Positions 27,556 through 37,600 of a DNA stretch of 64,000 nucleotides are shown piece after piece. The position numbers and the translations under genes were made by a program. The stretch covers positions 1 to 64,000 of the forward strand of contig JBBRLX010000012.1 in assembly GCA_038231135.1 (NCBI GenBank), read 5' to 3'. Origin of the DNA: Candidatus Eiseniibacteriota bacterium (lineage in GTDB: Bacteria; Eisenbacteria; RBG-16-71-46). How positions within the stretch are numbered: position 1 is the stretch's first letter; the number at the start of each line of letters is the position of its first letter. Below the pieces are notes generated by a model. That model was not told the DNA's origin. It was given only the letters and a program-made list of their open reading frames with translations, and did no database searches.

Positions 27556-28728
27556 ATGGTGACACCGGATCCAACGCCCGCGGGTCGCGTGCTCGTGACC
27601 GACGGCGAGTTCAAGCACACGCTGGGCATCGTGCGTGCGCTCGCCGCGCGCGGCCACGAGGTGCATCTCGTGGCCGCGTCCGCACGGGCGCCAGCGGTGC
27701 ATTCGCGCGCCGTACGCGCCTGGCACGTGGCGCCGCCCGCGCAGGCACAGGGGTACGACGAGCGACTGTTCCAGATCGCGCAGTCGCTGGCGCCGTTGAG
27801 TCTCGTCCCCGTTGGGAACGGCGCGATCGCCGCCGCCGAGCGCATGCGTGAGCGCTGGCCCGCGACGATCCGCGTGGCGCTGCCGCCGCCCGCGGCGTTC
27901 GCGATCGCGAACGACAAGACGCGCACCGGGGACGTGGCACGCGAGCACGACGTCCGCACGCCGCGCGAGCGGGTCGTCGCGACGGTGGATGATGCGCGAT
28001 CGGCGCTGGCCGAGTTCGGAGCGCCGCTCGTCATCAAGTCCGCCCGCGAGGAGGGGCGCAAGGTGCTGCGTTACGTGAACGCCGCCGCGGAGTTGAGGAC
28101 GGCGTTCGAGGACGTGGCGATTCGGTCGTCCGGAGCCGTGCTCGCGCAGGAGTTCATCGCCGGCGGCGGCTACGGATTCTCGGCGCTCTACTGGCGGGGC
28201 GCGCAGGTGCGCAAGTTCATGCACCGGCGCGTGCGCGAGTGGCCGCCGAGCGGCGGCACCAGCGCGTGCGCCGAAAGCGTTCCCGACGCTCCGGAGCTGG
28301 AACGCGCCGGCACGGCGCTGCTCGATGCGCTCCGCTGGCACGGCGTCGCGATGGTCGAATTCAAAGGCGACCCCGCGCGGGGTACTCTCTCGCTCATGGA
28401 AGTGAACGCGAAGTTCTGGGGCTCGCACGACGTGGCACTCGCGGCCGGGGTCGATTTTCCCGGCGACCTGGTCGCGCTGCTCGAAGGCCGGGTACTGCCG
28501 CCGCAACAGCCCTACCCGGCGGTGCGGTGCTCGTGGCCGCTCGGCGGCGACCTGTGGCACGGTCTGGCGCGCCCGTCGGCGCTGCCCCAGGTGCTGATGG
28601 ACGCGGTGTCGACGCGCGTGGCCCACACGTGGCGCGCATCGGATCCGTGGCCGACGTGGCGCGAGCTGATCCAGTGGGCGCGGTCCGCGCCGGGCGCGCT
28701 GCGCGAGCTCCGGGGCACGCGCCGATGA
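27556..28728 (+). CDS. ATP-grasp carboxylate-amine ligase
   Basis: NDK, PLVIKS, AQEFI.G, HRRVREWPPSGG, GVAMVEFK, MEVNAKFWGS. Confidence 0.85.
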   Translation: MVTPDPTPAGRVLVTDGEFKHTLGIVRALAARGHEVHLVAASARAPAVHSRAVRAWHVAPPAQAQGYDERLFQIAQSLAPLSLVPVGNGAIAAAERMRERWPATIRVALPPPAAFAIANDKTRTGDVAREHDVRTPRERVVATVDDARSALAEFGAPLVIKSAREEGRKVLRYVNAAAELRTAFEDVAIRSSGAVLAQEFIAGGGYGFSALYWRGAQVRKFMHRRVREWPPSGGTSACAESVPDAPELERAGTALLDALRWHGVAMVEFKGDPARGTLSLMEVNAKFWGSHDVALAAGVDFPGDLVALLEGRVLPPQQPYPAVRCSWPLGGDLWHGLARPSALPQVLMDAVSTRVAHTWRASDPWPTWRELIQWARSAPGALRELRGTRR

Positions 28729-29447
28729 GCTGGACGTTCGTGCAGCACGTGCACACGCGCCGATCGTTCGACTCGCGCGCCAACCCCGCGAAGATCGTCC
28801 AGCGCGCCGCCGCCGTGGGGATCGAGGTGCTCGCGGTCACCGATCACGACACCTGGCAGGGGTCGCAGGACTGCCGCGCGGCGGCGCTGTCGCTCCAGCT
28901 TCCCGTGCGCGTGATCACCGGCACCGAGGTGCGGACGTCGAAGGGTGACCTGATCGGGTTGTTCGTGACGTCGGACCTGCTGGAACGCGACGCCGTGAAG
29001 TTCTGCGACGCGGTGCACGAACAGGGTGGCATCGTCGTGCTGCCGCATCCCTACAAGTGGCACGAGCTCGACGACGAACTGCTGTCGCATGTGGACATCG
29101 TCGAGGTGCACAACGCGCGCTGCACGCCGCTCGACAATCAGCGCGCAGCCGAGCTGGCGCTCGAGCGCAACCTCGCGACGCTGGTGGGGCCGGACGCCCA
29201 TCGCCTCGGCGAGTTGCTGCTCGCGCGCAACGAATTCGACGGCGACCCGCCCGGCGACGAGGCCGCCATCAAGCATGCGCTGCTGCACGCGCCGCGCCGG
29301 TTCTTCGTGGAGCCGGGCACGATCTGGGACGAGTGGCTGAGCCAGGCCGTCAAGCTCACGCGGCAACCGTCGCCGGTGCTCGCCTGGGGGCTGCTGCGCG
29401 GCATGGTGCGGCGGCTCGCCAAGCCCGACGCATACCGGTACGAATGA
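28725..29447 (+). CDS. PHP-domain metallohydrolase
   Basis: HVHT, AVTDHD, G.EV, PHP, GPDAH. Confidence 0.85.
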   Translation: MSWTFVQHVHTRRSFDSRANPAKIVQRAAAVGIEVLAVTDHDTWQGSQDCRAAALSLQLPVRVITGTEVRTSKGDLIGLFVTSDLLERDAVKFCDAVHEQGGIVVLPHPYKWHELDDELLSHVDIVEVHNARCTPLDNQRAAELALERNLATLVGPDAHRLGELLLARNEFDGDPPGDEAAIKHALLHAPRRFFVEPGTIWDEWLSQAVKLTRQPSPVLAWGLLRGMVRRLAKPDAYRYE

Positions 29448-30658
29448 CTCAGGACGGCAGCGCGGCCGCCGGCCTCCACACGCCGCCGCTGCGACCGGAG
29501 GACGCGATCGAACGCCCGGTCGCGGCCGGAACACCCTCGATCCTGGCGCCGTTGCCGGACGGCGCGCCACCGTCGCCGCTGCTGCGCGGCCGCTCGTTGC
29601 GCGTGCTGCACGGCATGTACGAGATCGCCGGCCAGGGCATGGTGCTGGCGCAGTCACTGCGCGAATTGGGGTGTGACGCCAGGGCGTTCTCCTATCAGAT
29701 CGCCTGGGACGGCCGCCGCAGCGACATCGTGGTCGACCTGGACGTGCACTCCGCCACGCTCGGCAAGGGTCTCGCCATGGCAGGTGCATTCGCGCGCCAC
29801 GCGGCGGAATTCGACGTGTTCCATCTGCACTTCGGCACGTCGTTCCTGCCGCGGCGGCTCGACGTCCCGCTGCTGCGCGCGATGGGGCGCAAGCTCGTGT
29901 TCCACTTCCACGGCTGCGAGGTGCGGCACCGTACGCACATGCTGGCCACGCACCGGCTGTCGACCTGCACCGAGTGCGAGGCGTTCTGCCGGCCCGCGCA
30001 TCAGGCGCGACTGCTGGACGACGCGCGGCGCCACGGCGACCTGCTGCTCTACTCCACGCTCGATCTCGCCGAGTCGGTGCCGGGCGGCCGGAACCTGGCG
30101 CTCACGATCGACGCCGCGCGCTGGGAGGCCGCCGCGCGCGAGCGGCCGCTTCCCGACCCCGGCCGCCGCGACGGCGTGAACGGTCCGGTGGTGATCGCCC
30201 ATGCCCCCACGAACCGGCTCATCAAGGGGACGCGCCACGTGGTGGACGCGGTAGAGCGCCTGCGGCAGGAATTCCCGCGCGTCGAGCTGCGCATGATCGA
30301 GCAGCAGCCGTGGGCGTCGATGCCGGAATTCCTCGCCGGCTGCGACATCCTCGTCGACCAGCTCATGATGGGCTGGTACGGCCTGCTGGCGATCGAAGGC
30401 ATGGCCGAGGGCCGCCCGGTGATCGCCTACCTGCGCGAGGATTTCCGCCCGCTGCGGCCGGGGCTGCCGGTTGTGAGCGCGGAACCCGCCACGATCTACG
30501 ACGTGCTGCGCGGGCTGATACGCGATCCCGTGCGCCGCGCGGTGATCGGGACGCAGGGTCCGCCGTTCGTGCGCCGCTGGCACGACCTGCGCGCCGTGGG
30601 CGCGGTGCTGCTCGCGGAATATCAGAAGTTCTACGCCAATCCGGAGCGCCGGCCATGA
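29444..30658 (+). CDS. GT-B (GT4-like) glycosyltransferase
   Basis: HFHGCEVR, HAPTN..KGT, DILVDQL..GWYG..AIEGMA.GRPV. Confidence 0.8.
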   Translation: MTQDGSAAAGLHTPPLRPEDAIERPVAAGTPSILAPLPDGAPPSPLLRGRSLRVLHGMYEIAGQGMVLAQSLRELGCDARAFSYQIAWDGRRSDIVVDLDVHSATLGKGLAMAGAFARHAAEFDVFHLHFGTSFLPRRLDVPLLRAMGRKLVFHFHGCEVRHRTHMLATHRLSTCTECEAFCRPAHQARLLDDARRHGDLLLYSTLDLAESVPGGRNLALTIDAARWEAAARERPLPDPGRRDGVNGPVVIAHAPTNRLIKGTRHVVDAVERLRQEFPRVELRMIEQQPWASMPEFLAGCDILVDQLMMGWYGLLAIEGMAEGRPVIAYLREDFRPLRPGLPVVSAEPATIYDVLRGLIRDPVRRAVIGTQGPPFVRRWHDLRAVGAVLLAEYQKFYANPERRP

Positions 30659-32163
30659 GCGTGCGATTCATATTTCATGCGGTGGCGTGGGAGCATCCGC
30701 TGGCGCGCTGGACGGTCGAGACGCTGGCCCGCCTGCTGGAGGAGCCCTGGACATCCGAACCCGCGGGATCGGTTCCGCGATCCGAGGGCGCGCCCATCTA
30801 TGTAGGGCCAGTGTCCGAAGCGCCGGGGAGCGCCGCGGCGGTGATCGAATTCGAGCACTGGCCCGAGTGGGATCCCGACACGCTCGCGCTCGGCAACTTC
30901 GGCGGCGTGCCGCTGCCGTGCCCCGAGGCCTCACTGCCGGCGCCGCCCGGGCCGGCCGTCGAAGCCGACGACGGCACCGTGACGTCGCCGGTGCCGCGCG
31001 TGTTCCATGGGGAATGGCTGCGCTCGCTCGGGTTCATGCTCACCCGCGAGGAGGAGTTCCTCGACGATCGCCGCGACGAGTGGGAGTGCTTCAAGGGCAC
31101 GTGGTCGCGCCTGCACGACCTCGGTGTGCTCGACCGGCCGCTCGTGAACCTGGCCGCGGGGCAGCTCGCGGCGCGGGTCCGGTCGTGGCACGACGCGCGG
31201 AATCGGGACCCCGAGCAGGTGCCGCGCTGGCCCAACGGCGCTCGGTTCGCGGTGGCGCTCACCCACGACGTGGACGATGTGGCGCTGCGGTCGGCCCGCG
31301 GCGCGCTGCGACTGCTGGGGCGGACGCGGCGGCCGGGCGATTACGCGATGCGCGGCGGGTTGCGTGCGCTGGCGCGGTCGTTCACCGGTGGCCGGCCCGA
31401 TCCCTACGATTGCTTCGACCGCTGGGTGGGCGAGGAGGCACGGCGCGGCTTCAAGGCGTCGTACTACTTCGTGCCGCCCGATCGCGCGAGTTCGCACGAA
31501 TACGATCCCACCTACGCGTGGCAGGACCGCGTCCTGTTCGCAGGCCACCGCATCACGGTCGGCGGCATGATGCACGGCATGGCGCGCCTCGGCTGCGACG
31601 TCGGCCTGCATGGCGGCTATCTCAGCCACAAGGATGCCGCCGAGCTGGCGCGCGAGAAGCGCTCCGTCGAACGCGCCGCGGAGCACGCCGTCACGGGCGG
31701 CCGCCAGCACTTCCTGCGCTTCGACATCCGCAACACGTGGGACGCGCAGGAGCAGGCCGGGCTGCGCTACGACTCGACGCTCGGCTACAACGAGGCGATC
31801 GGGTTCCGCGCCGGCATCGCGGCGCCGTTCCGGCCCTGGAATCCCACGAAACGCGCCGCGCACGGGCTGATCGAACTGCCGCTCACGGTCATGGACGGCA
31901 CGCTGTTCCGCACGCTGGCGCTCGATCCCGCGCACGCCGTCGCACGCGTGCGCGAGCATCTCGAGCGTGTGGAGGAGACCGGCGGACTTGCGGTGCTGCT
32001 GTGGCACCCCAACGCGGCCGCGGAGGAGCTGTTCCCCGGGTGGTGGAACTGCTGGATGGCGACGCTCGACTGGCTCGCGACGCGCAAGGCGTGGGTCACG
32101 AGTGCTGCGGCGGTGGCGGAGTGGTGGCGGGAGCGGGAGGGGCGGCAGGGGATGGGAGGCTGA
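30655..32163 (+). CDS. Polysaccharide deacetylase family protein
   Basis: LTHDVD, VGLHG, GRQHFLRF, YDSTLGY..GFRAG, ELPLTVMD, LLWHP. Confidence 0.85.
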   Translation: MSVRFIFHAVAWEHPLARWTVETLARLLEEPWTSEPAGSVPRSEGAPIYVGPVSEAPGSAAAVIEFEHWPEWDPDTLALGNFGGVPLPCPEASLPAPPGPAVEADDGTVTSPVPRVFHGEWLRSLGFMLTREEEFLDDRRDEWECFKGTWSRLHDLGVLDRPLVNLAAGQLAARVRSWHDARNRDPEQVPRWPNGARFAVALTHDVDDVALRSARGALRLLGRTRRPGDYAMRGGLRALARSFTGGRPDPYDCFDRWVGEEARRGFKASYYFVPPDRASSHEYDPTYAWQDRVLFAGHRITVGGMMHGMARLGCDVGLHGGYLSHKDAAELAREKRSVERAAEHAVTGGRQHFLRFDIRNTWDAQEQAGLRYDSTLGYNEAIGFRAGIAAPFRPWNPTKRAAHGLIELPLTVMDGTLFRTLALDPAHAVARVREHLERVEETGGLAVLLWHPNAAAEELFPGWWNCWMATLDWLATRKAWVTSAAAVAEWWREREGRQGMGG

Positions 32164-32171
32164 GAGGCATT

Positions 32172-33200
32172 ATGTTGAATGTGCCGACCCAGGGAACCAT
32201 TGATCTCAGTCGTCTACCGCATGGCAGCCCATTCTTGCGCAGCTCCGGCGCCATTCTGCCATTCGTGATCTTGCTGCTCACATCCGGCTGTTCACAATCC
32301 ACCAAGCCGAGGACGTGTCCTCCATACTACGCACGCGGCTCGGTGGACATCAGCCCCACGTGGTCCCCCGATGCGAAGTTCATCGCGTACGACCGCGGCG
32401 TTCACAATGCCCCAGACACCACGGGCGTCTACGTCATCAGCTCGGCCGGTGGAACGCCGACCCTGCTCACGGCGATGCTCTTTTCGACGACCCCCGAACT
32501 CGCATGGTCGCCTGACGGCACTCGAATCGCGTTCTACGCCGGAGACATCTGGACGGTGACCGTTCCCGATGCAGCTTTGCGGCGGTGGACATTCAACGCG
32601 CCCTACGCCGTCCACCCTGCATGGTCACCGGATGGCCGCTACCTCGCTTATGTCGTCAACGCCAGGGATCCAGCACGGCCGGACAGTGCGTCCGGGCTCC
32701 ACATGATCGATACGCGCGATGGAAGCCAGCGTGCGTTGTTGCACAATGGTGTCGCAACGACATGCGAGCGGGTAGCCTGGTCGCCGCTCGGTCACACGAT
32801 CGCGTTTGCCGGCTACTCGGCGGGCAAGTCCACGACCGACATCTACACCGTGGCCGTCGATGGAACACAGTTTCATCGTCTGACCGACGTGAACGGGACC
32901 GCCAGCGATCCTCAATGGAATTCCGACAGTTCGCTCATTCTTTTCGACTTCGCTCCTGCGCCATGCATTCCATCGCTTTCGACCGATCGTACGACACTGA
33001 GCATTCACTCGGACGGAACCGGCCTCCGCCGATGGCCGGTAAATTTGGGCGACCCGCGCGTTACGTTCGCCTTCCCCTTCGTTCTGAGCCCCGACGGCCA
33101 ACGGGTGGCATTTGTGGGACTCGACGTCACCAAACGCATCGGGGTCATCTGGACGAAGGGCCTTGATGGCAGCGGCCCGAGGCAGATCACGCAGCCGTAG
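32172..33200 (+). CDS. TolB-like PD40 beta-propeller lipoprotein (start uncertain)
   Basis: LLTSGC lipobox; repeated P.WSPDG..IA motifs; lower GC than the flanks. Confidence 0.75.
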   Translation: MLNVPTQGTIDLSRLPHGSPFLRSSGAILPFVILLLTSGCSQSTKPRTCPPYYARGSVDISPTWSPDAKFIAYDRGVHNAPDTTGVYVISSAGGTPTLLTAMLFSTTPELAWSPDGTRIAFYAGDIWTVTVPDAALRRWTFNAPYAVHPAWSPDGRYLAYVVNARDPARPDSASGLHMIDTRDGSQRALLHNGVATTCERVAWSPLGHTIAFAGYSAGKSTTDIYTVAVDGTQFHRLTDVNGTASDPQWNSDSSLILFDFAPAPCIPSLSTDRTTLSIHSDGTGLRRWPVNLGDPRVTFAFPFVLSPDGQRVAFVGLDVTKRIGVIWTKGLDGSGPRQITQP

Positions 33201-33263
33201 CCACCGTGGACTGGATTGCAACTCGATCTGGACGAAACGTCAATCGCGCCGCAGAATTGAGTC

Positions 33264-34172
33264 ATGAAGGCAACGGGAGCGCCCAAATGGGGGCGCATGC
33301 GATTGTGGTCGGTGCTCGTTTCGGCACTCGCGGCGCTCACGGCGTTCGGAGCCGAAGAGTCCAGGTCATGCTCCTGCGTGGAATCCGATTACGGGTTCCT
33401 GCTGGCAGACAGCACGGAAGTACCCTCCAACCTGGGCGGTGTGCCGTGGTATGGGCCACCGGATGGCACCCCGGACACGTTCCTCCGCCAGGGTCTCGAA
33501 TTCTCGGTGGAACGCAGAGACGGAGCGGAATGGAATCGAGTGGCGTTTAACGTCCGATATCTCGAGGTTTCGCCTGTCGGCTCCCTGCGATCACCTTACG
33601 AGAGCAGCCGGGGCAGTCTGTGGCTCGTCGAGCCTGAACAGGGATTCACACCGGGTTTGGAATATCGCTTTCGCTACCGAGCCAGCAGCCTGACGCAGCG
33701 GGAGAACATCGTGGTTCACGTCGCAGTGTCGTCGCTCACCCCGTTTCGAGGGGAACTCAGGCTTGGATCGAGCGAGTCTCGGGTCGGGCCATTGGGCGTA
33801 TCCTCGCCCAATGGGATGTGCGCTGCGGGCATCTCGGCAGCCAGGAGCGATCTGGAGTTTCAATTGCCTGCAGCCTGGGCGCCGTTTCGGCAATCTTTGC
33901 TGTTCGCAACCAGAGTCGATGACCAATTCTGGCGGCCTGCGGCCGGAATGTGCAAGCTCGTTCCACCCGGGCTGAGCTGGTGCGGAGCTGCTCATGATCG
34001 CGTCTACACGGATTGTGGCGCCACCGATGGAATCATCTACAAGGCGATATTCTCGGAGGCGAGCGTAAAGCTGGACCCTGGACTGCATCGCGTCGAGATG
34101 GTCGCCTGGTTGCCCGGGACCAACCTGGAGATCAGAGAGCATGCGGTCGTGGATCTCGAATGCTCAAGATGA
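33264..34172 (+). CDS. Hypothetical secreted Cys-containing protein
   Basis: Signal peptide followed by CSC; 302-aa ORF fills the gap; lower GC. Confidence 0.6.
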   Translation: MKATGAPKWGRMRLWSVLVSALAALTAFGAEESRSCSCVESDYGFLLADSTEVPSNLGGVPWYGPPDGTPDTFLRQGLEFSVERRDGAEWNRVAFNVRYLEVSPVGSLRSPYESSRGSLWLVEPEQGFTPGLEYRFRYRASSLTQRENIVVHVAVSSLTPFRGELRLGSSESRVGPLGVSSPNGMCAAGISAARSDLEFQLPAAWAPFRQSLLFATRVDDQFWRPAAGMCKLVPPGLSWCGAAHDRVYTDCGATDGIIYKAIFSEASVKLDPGLHRVEMVAWLPGTNLEIREHAVVDLECSR

Positions 34173-34188
34173 TGAAAAGCTCCGCGCC

Positions 34189-34644
34189 TCACACCCGATG
34201 CATCAGCTGCCGAATCGCCCCCAGGTGATACGCGAGGTGCGCGATCGCGCCCATGCCGGCGCCTTCGTTGACGAACGTCTGCTCCGGCAGCGCCCGCATC
34301 ACTCTCAGGAATTCGATCCGCCCCGCTTCCAGCTCGCGCTGCAGTGCCGCCCATTCCTCGTCGTTGACCTGTTGCGGCGAGAAACTTCCGGGCCAGTCGC
34401 GGGGTCCGCGCACGCCCTGCACCCATTCGGCGCCCACGCGCAGGTGGAAACTCATGTGACGCGCGTGGCCGGCAATGCTGGGATGGCTGTCGAACGACCG
34501 CGAGGCCTGCGCGGCGGTGAGCGAGCGCAGTGTGCTCCGTACGCCCGAGGAGTGATCCAGGTACCGCGTGCCTTCACCGGGGCGCCCGCCGTCGAACGTC
34601 TCCCGGATCAATTCCTCCATCTCGGCGAATACGGCCACGTACAT
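34189..34644 (-). CDS. DinB/YfiT superfamily protein
   Basis: SIAGHARH and HLAYHLGAIRQ metal-binding His pattern; GAGG RBS. Confidence 0.8.
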   Translation of the reverse strand: MYVAVFAEMEELIRETFDGGRPGEGTRYLDHSSGVRSTLRSLTAAQASRSFDSHPSIAGHARHMSFHLRVGAEWVQGVRGPRDWPGSFSPQQVNDEEWAALQRELEAGRIEFLRVMRALPEQTFVNEGAGMGAIAHLAYHLGAIRQLMHRV

Positions 34645-34658
34645 GGGTTACCTCACAA

Positions 34659-37600
34659 TCAGAATTCCACCCGCACTTCCGCGAGAGCGTTGCGCGTGGC
34701 GGCTGGGATGAACTGCGGGGCGAGGTTCCCCGCCGCATCGTAGTCCATGTAGCCGCCGGTTTCGTAGCGGCGGTCGAACGCATTGAACATCCGCAACGTA
34801 AATTCCACGCGCGCGCCGTTGACCCGCATGCCGTACCCGCCGTTCAGGTCGAGCACGGAATGCGGCGCGATGCTCGCCGCGTCGGTCGCGGTGTTGTCGA
34901 GGAACATGCGGCCGATGCAGCGCCCATCCGCCCCCAAGCGTACTCCGTGGCTCGTCAAGGCTATGGAAAGATTGCCCAACGCGGCGGGAAAGAAGCCGAT
35001 CGTGTTGCCGTCGTAGCGGACCTCGTCGGCGGCGGTGGTGCCGTAGCGCTCCCGGTACTCCACGAAATGGTTGTCGGACAGGGTTGCGTTGGCGTTCACG
35101 GCCAGCGAGATGCCGCCCGCCAGCGCGTGTTGCCCTCGGGCCGCCAGCTCCACGCCCTGGTGCACGGAGCGGGCGGCGTTGCCGAGAATCGGATAGCCGA
35201 GGTCGGTGTCGAACTGCCCCGCGTACACGAGCTCGTCGCGGAACACCATGCGGAACAGGTTGACGGTAAGCGCGGCGCCGGCCGTTTGCCACGCGCCGCC
35301 GAGCTCCCAGTCCTGCACGTGCTCCGGGTGTACGAGCGGAACACGGTACGACTGCCGCAGCGGATCGTGCTGGGCATACAGCGGCACGTTGCCGACGCCC
35401 TCGCCGTCGTACAGATCGCGCAGCGCGGGTTCACGCGCGGCGCTCGACCACGCGGCGAACGCGCTCACGCGCGGCGTTGGGCTCCAGGTCACGCCGAGGC
35501 GCGGCAGCGCGAAGTCGTAGGTCTGATCGAACCGCACACCGTCGAAGCGATCGTCGCGCATCGAGTAGCGCTGATGCCGCCACGCGAGGTCGCCGGTGAC
35601 GCGCACGTCGCTCCGCGCGTTCCATTCCTCGCGAACGTAGGCGCCCGCCGCGAGCGTGCGCGGATGGAAGTCGTAATAGGTGAGGTCGGCCTCGGTCCCG
35701 GGTGGCAGCCCGTTGCCCGATACCACCTGCCCGAAGTGGCGCCCGTCGTGCGCGCGCAACTCGCCGCCCAGCGTGAGTGCCCCGCCCGCGTGCTCCAGCC
35801 GCACGCGCGGCACCCAGCCGTAGTGCTGGTTCTGCACAGTGCGGCGCCGCACGATGTCGGTGCGTTCCAGCAGTCGGCGGCCCTGCGCGTCGGTGACGTA
35901 GGCGCCGGTCGAATCGCGCGCGAAGTAGTCCCCGGGATGTGCAGTGGTGTCGGCGGTGAACCATGGCGCCAGCCGGTAGCCCGCCAGGTCCTGGCCGAAA
36001 CGCTGCTCGTCGTAGTAGCCGCGACCGTCGAACCAGAACAGCGTCTGTGTGAACGCGACCCGGTCGCGCGGCGACCACGAGTGGATCAGCTCGTAGTGCG
36101 GCTCGAAGAAGTGATCGCGCTCGCCGGCGTAGCCGAGCGGATTGAACCTGCGGTCGTCCGACGCGTTACCGGTGAGGCCGCCGTCGAGGTCTTCGCGCGG
36201 GATGCCGAGGTAGGCGAGGTGGGTCTCCTCGGGGCCGCCGTAGAGATTCATGCGCAGCGACTGCCGGCCCTGGAGCCGGCGCACGGACACGGCGTACGAC
36301 CACAGGCGCGTGTCGGACTGGTCGCGATAACCGTTCGTCTCGATACGCGAATAGCGGGCATAGGTGCTCCAGCCGTGCGCGAGCGGGCCCGAGTTCATCT
36401 CGAGCATCAGCCGCCGCGTGTCGTAGGACCCGCCGGACACGCTCGCGGTCATGGCGGGCGTATCCGACATGGGCGCCGTGTCGAGGTTCACGCTGCCGCC
36501 GACCGACGCGGCACCGTACAGCGACGAGCCGACGCCGCGCTGGAGCTGCACCTCGGCGGTCGACGCCAGCAGGTCGGGATGATCGATCCAGTACACCTCG
36601 TGCGACTCGGGGTCGTTGAGCGGCACGCCGTTGATGAGCACGCTGATGCGGCGCTGCGGGAAGCCGCGGATCGAGAGATAGGAGTAGCCGATGCCGTTGC
36701 CGGCATCGGAATAGGCGTAGGCGCCGGGCAGCATCGCGAGCGCCATCGGCGTGTCCTGGCCCCAGTTCGCCGACTTGAGCGCCGCGCGATCGAGCGTGGT
36801 GCGCGCGATCGGCGCCTGCGCGTCGGCGCGCGCGGTGTTCACCACCACCTCGGGCAGCGTGACCACGTGCGACAACGTGTCCGAGGCTGCCGCGCCGCCG
36901 CCCGCGACTGCCGGTGACGTGGAGTCCGCCGCCGCTCGGCTCGCCATGGACGGTGACGCGGAGTCGGCGGCGCGTGCGATGGCGAGCGCCCCGCTCAACG
37001 GTGTCGCGGCCAGCGCGAACGCCACCGCCGCGAGTGCCAGCGGTGCGCCCGACTCCGCGCCCCCGCCGCGACGGCGCTTGTTCACCGCCCAGCCCGCGGC
37101 GAACATCGCGACCGACGCCGCGAGCCCGGGGTAGATCGGCTCCATCCCCAACGGGTACGCCTGCTGCGGATGGAGGTGCTTCGCTACGACCCACGCCAGC
37201 GCGGTCGCGAACGGCACCAGCATCGTGGCGAGCGCCCACGCGCCGCCGCGGCTGCCCACTCCCAGCAGCGCCGAGGCCACCGGCACGAGCAGCGTCGGCG
37301 TGACGACCGACCCGATGTCGTGCCACAGGTCGATCACGCTATGGTTCATCAGCGCCAGACCGGTCGCGAACACGGTCGAGATCGCGAGCCCCAGGCGCGA
37401 GTAGAACGGCACGCGCGAATCGTCGGGGTCGCGGCGCAGGCGCCAGATGAAATCGCGGCCGATCGTGGTCGCAGCGATGAAACCGTAGGAATCGATCGTG
37501 CTCATCACCGTCGCGATCATGCCGAGATAGAAGATCCCCAGCGCCACGTGCGGCAGAGCGACGCGTGCCAGCTCCGGGAACGCATACACCGGGTCCTCGA

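Noticed and set aside
30687..32171. 837-aa ORF suggesting a fusion to the TolB-like propeller
   Set aside because: The N-terminal part is an off-frame shadow of the deacetylase gene. The same GC-rich artefact inflates the ORFs for mutY, cydA, cydB, PHP, the GT, LytTR and DUF72.
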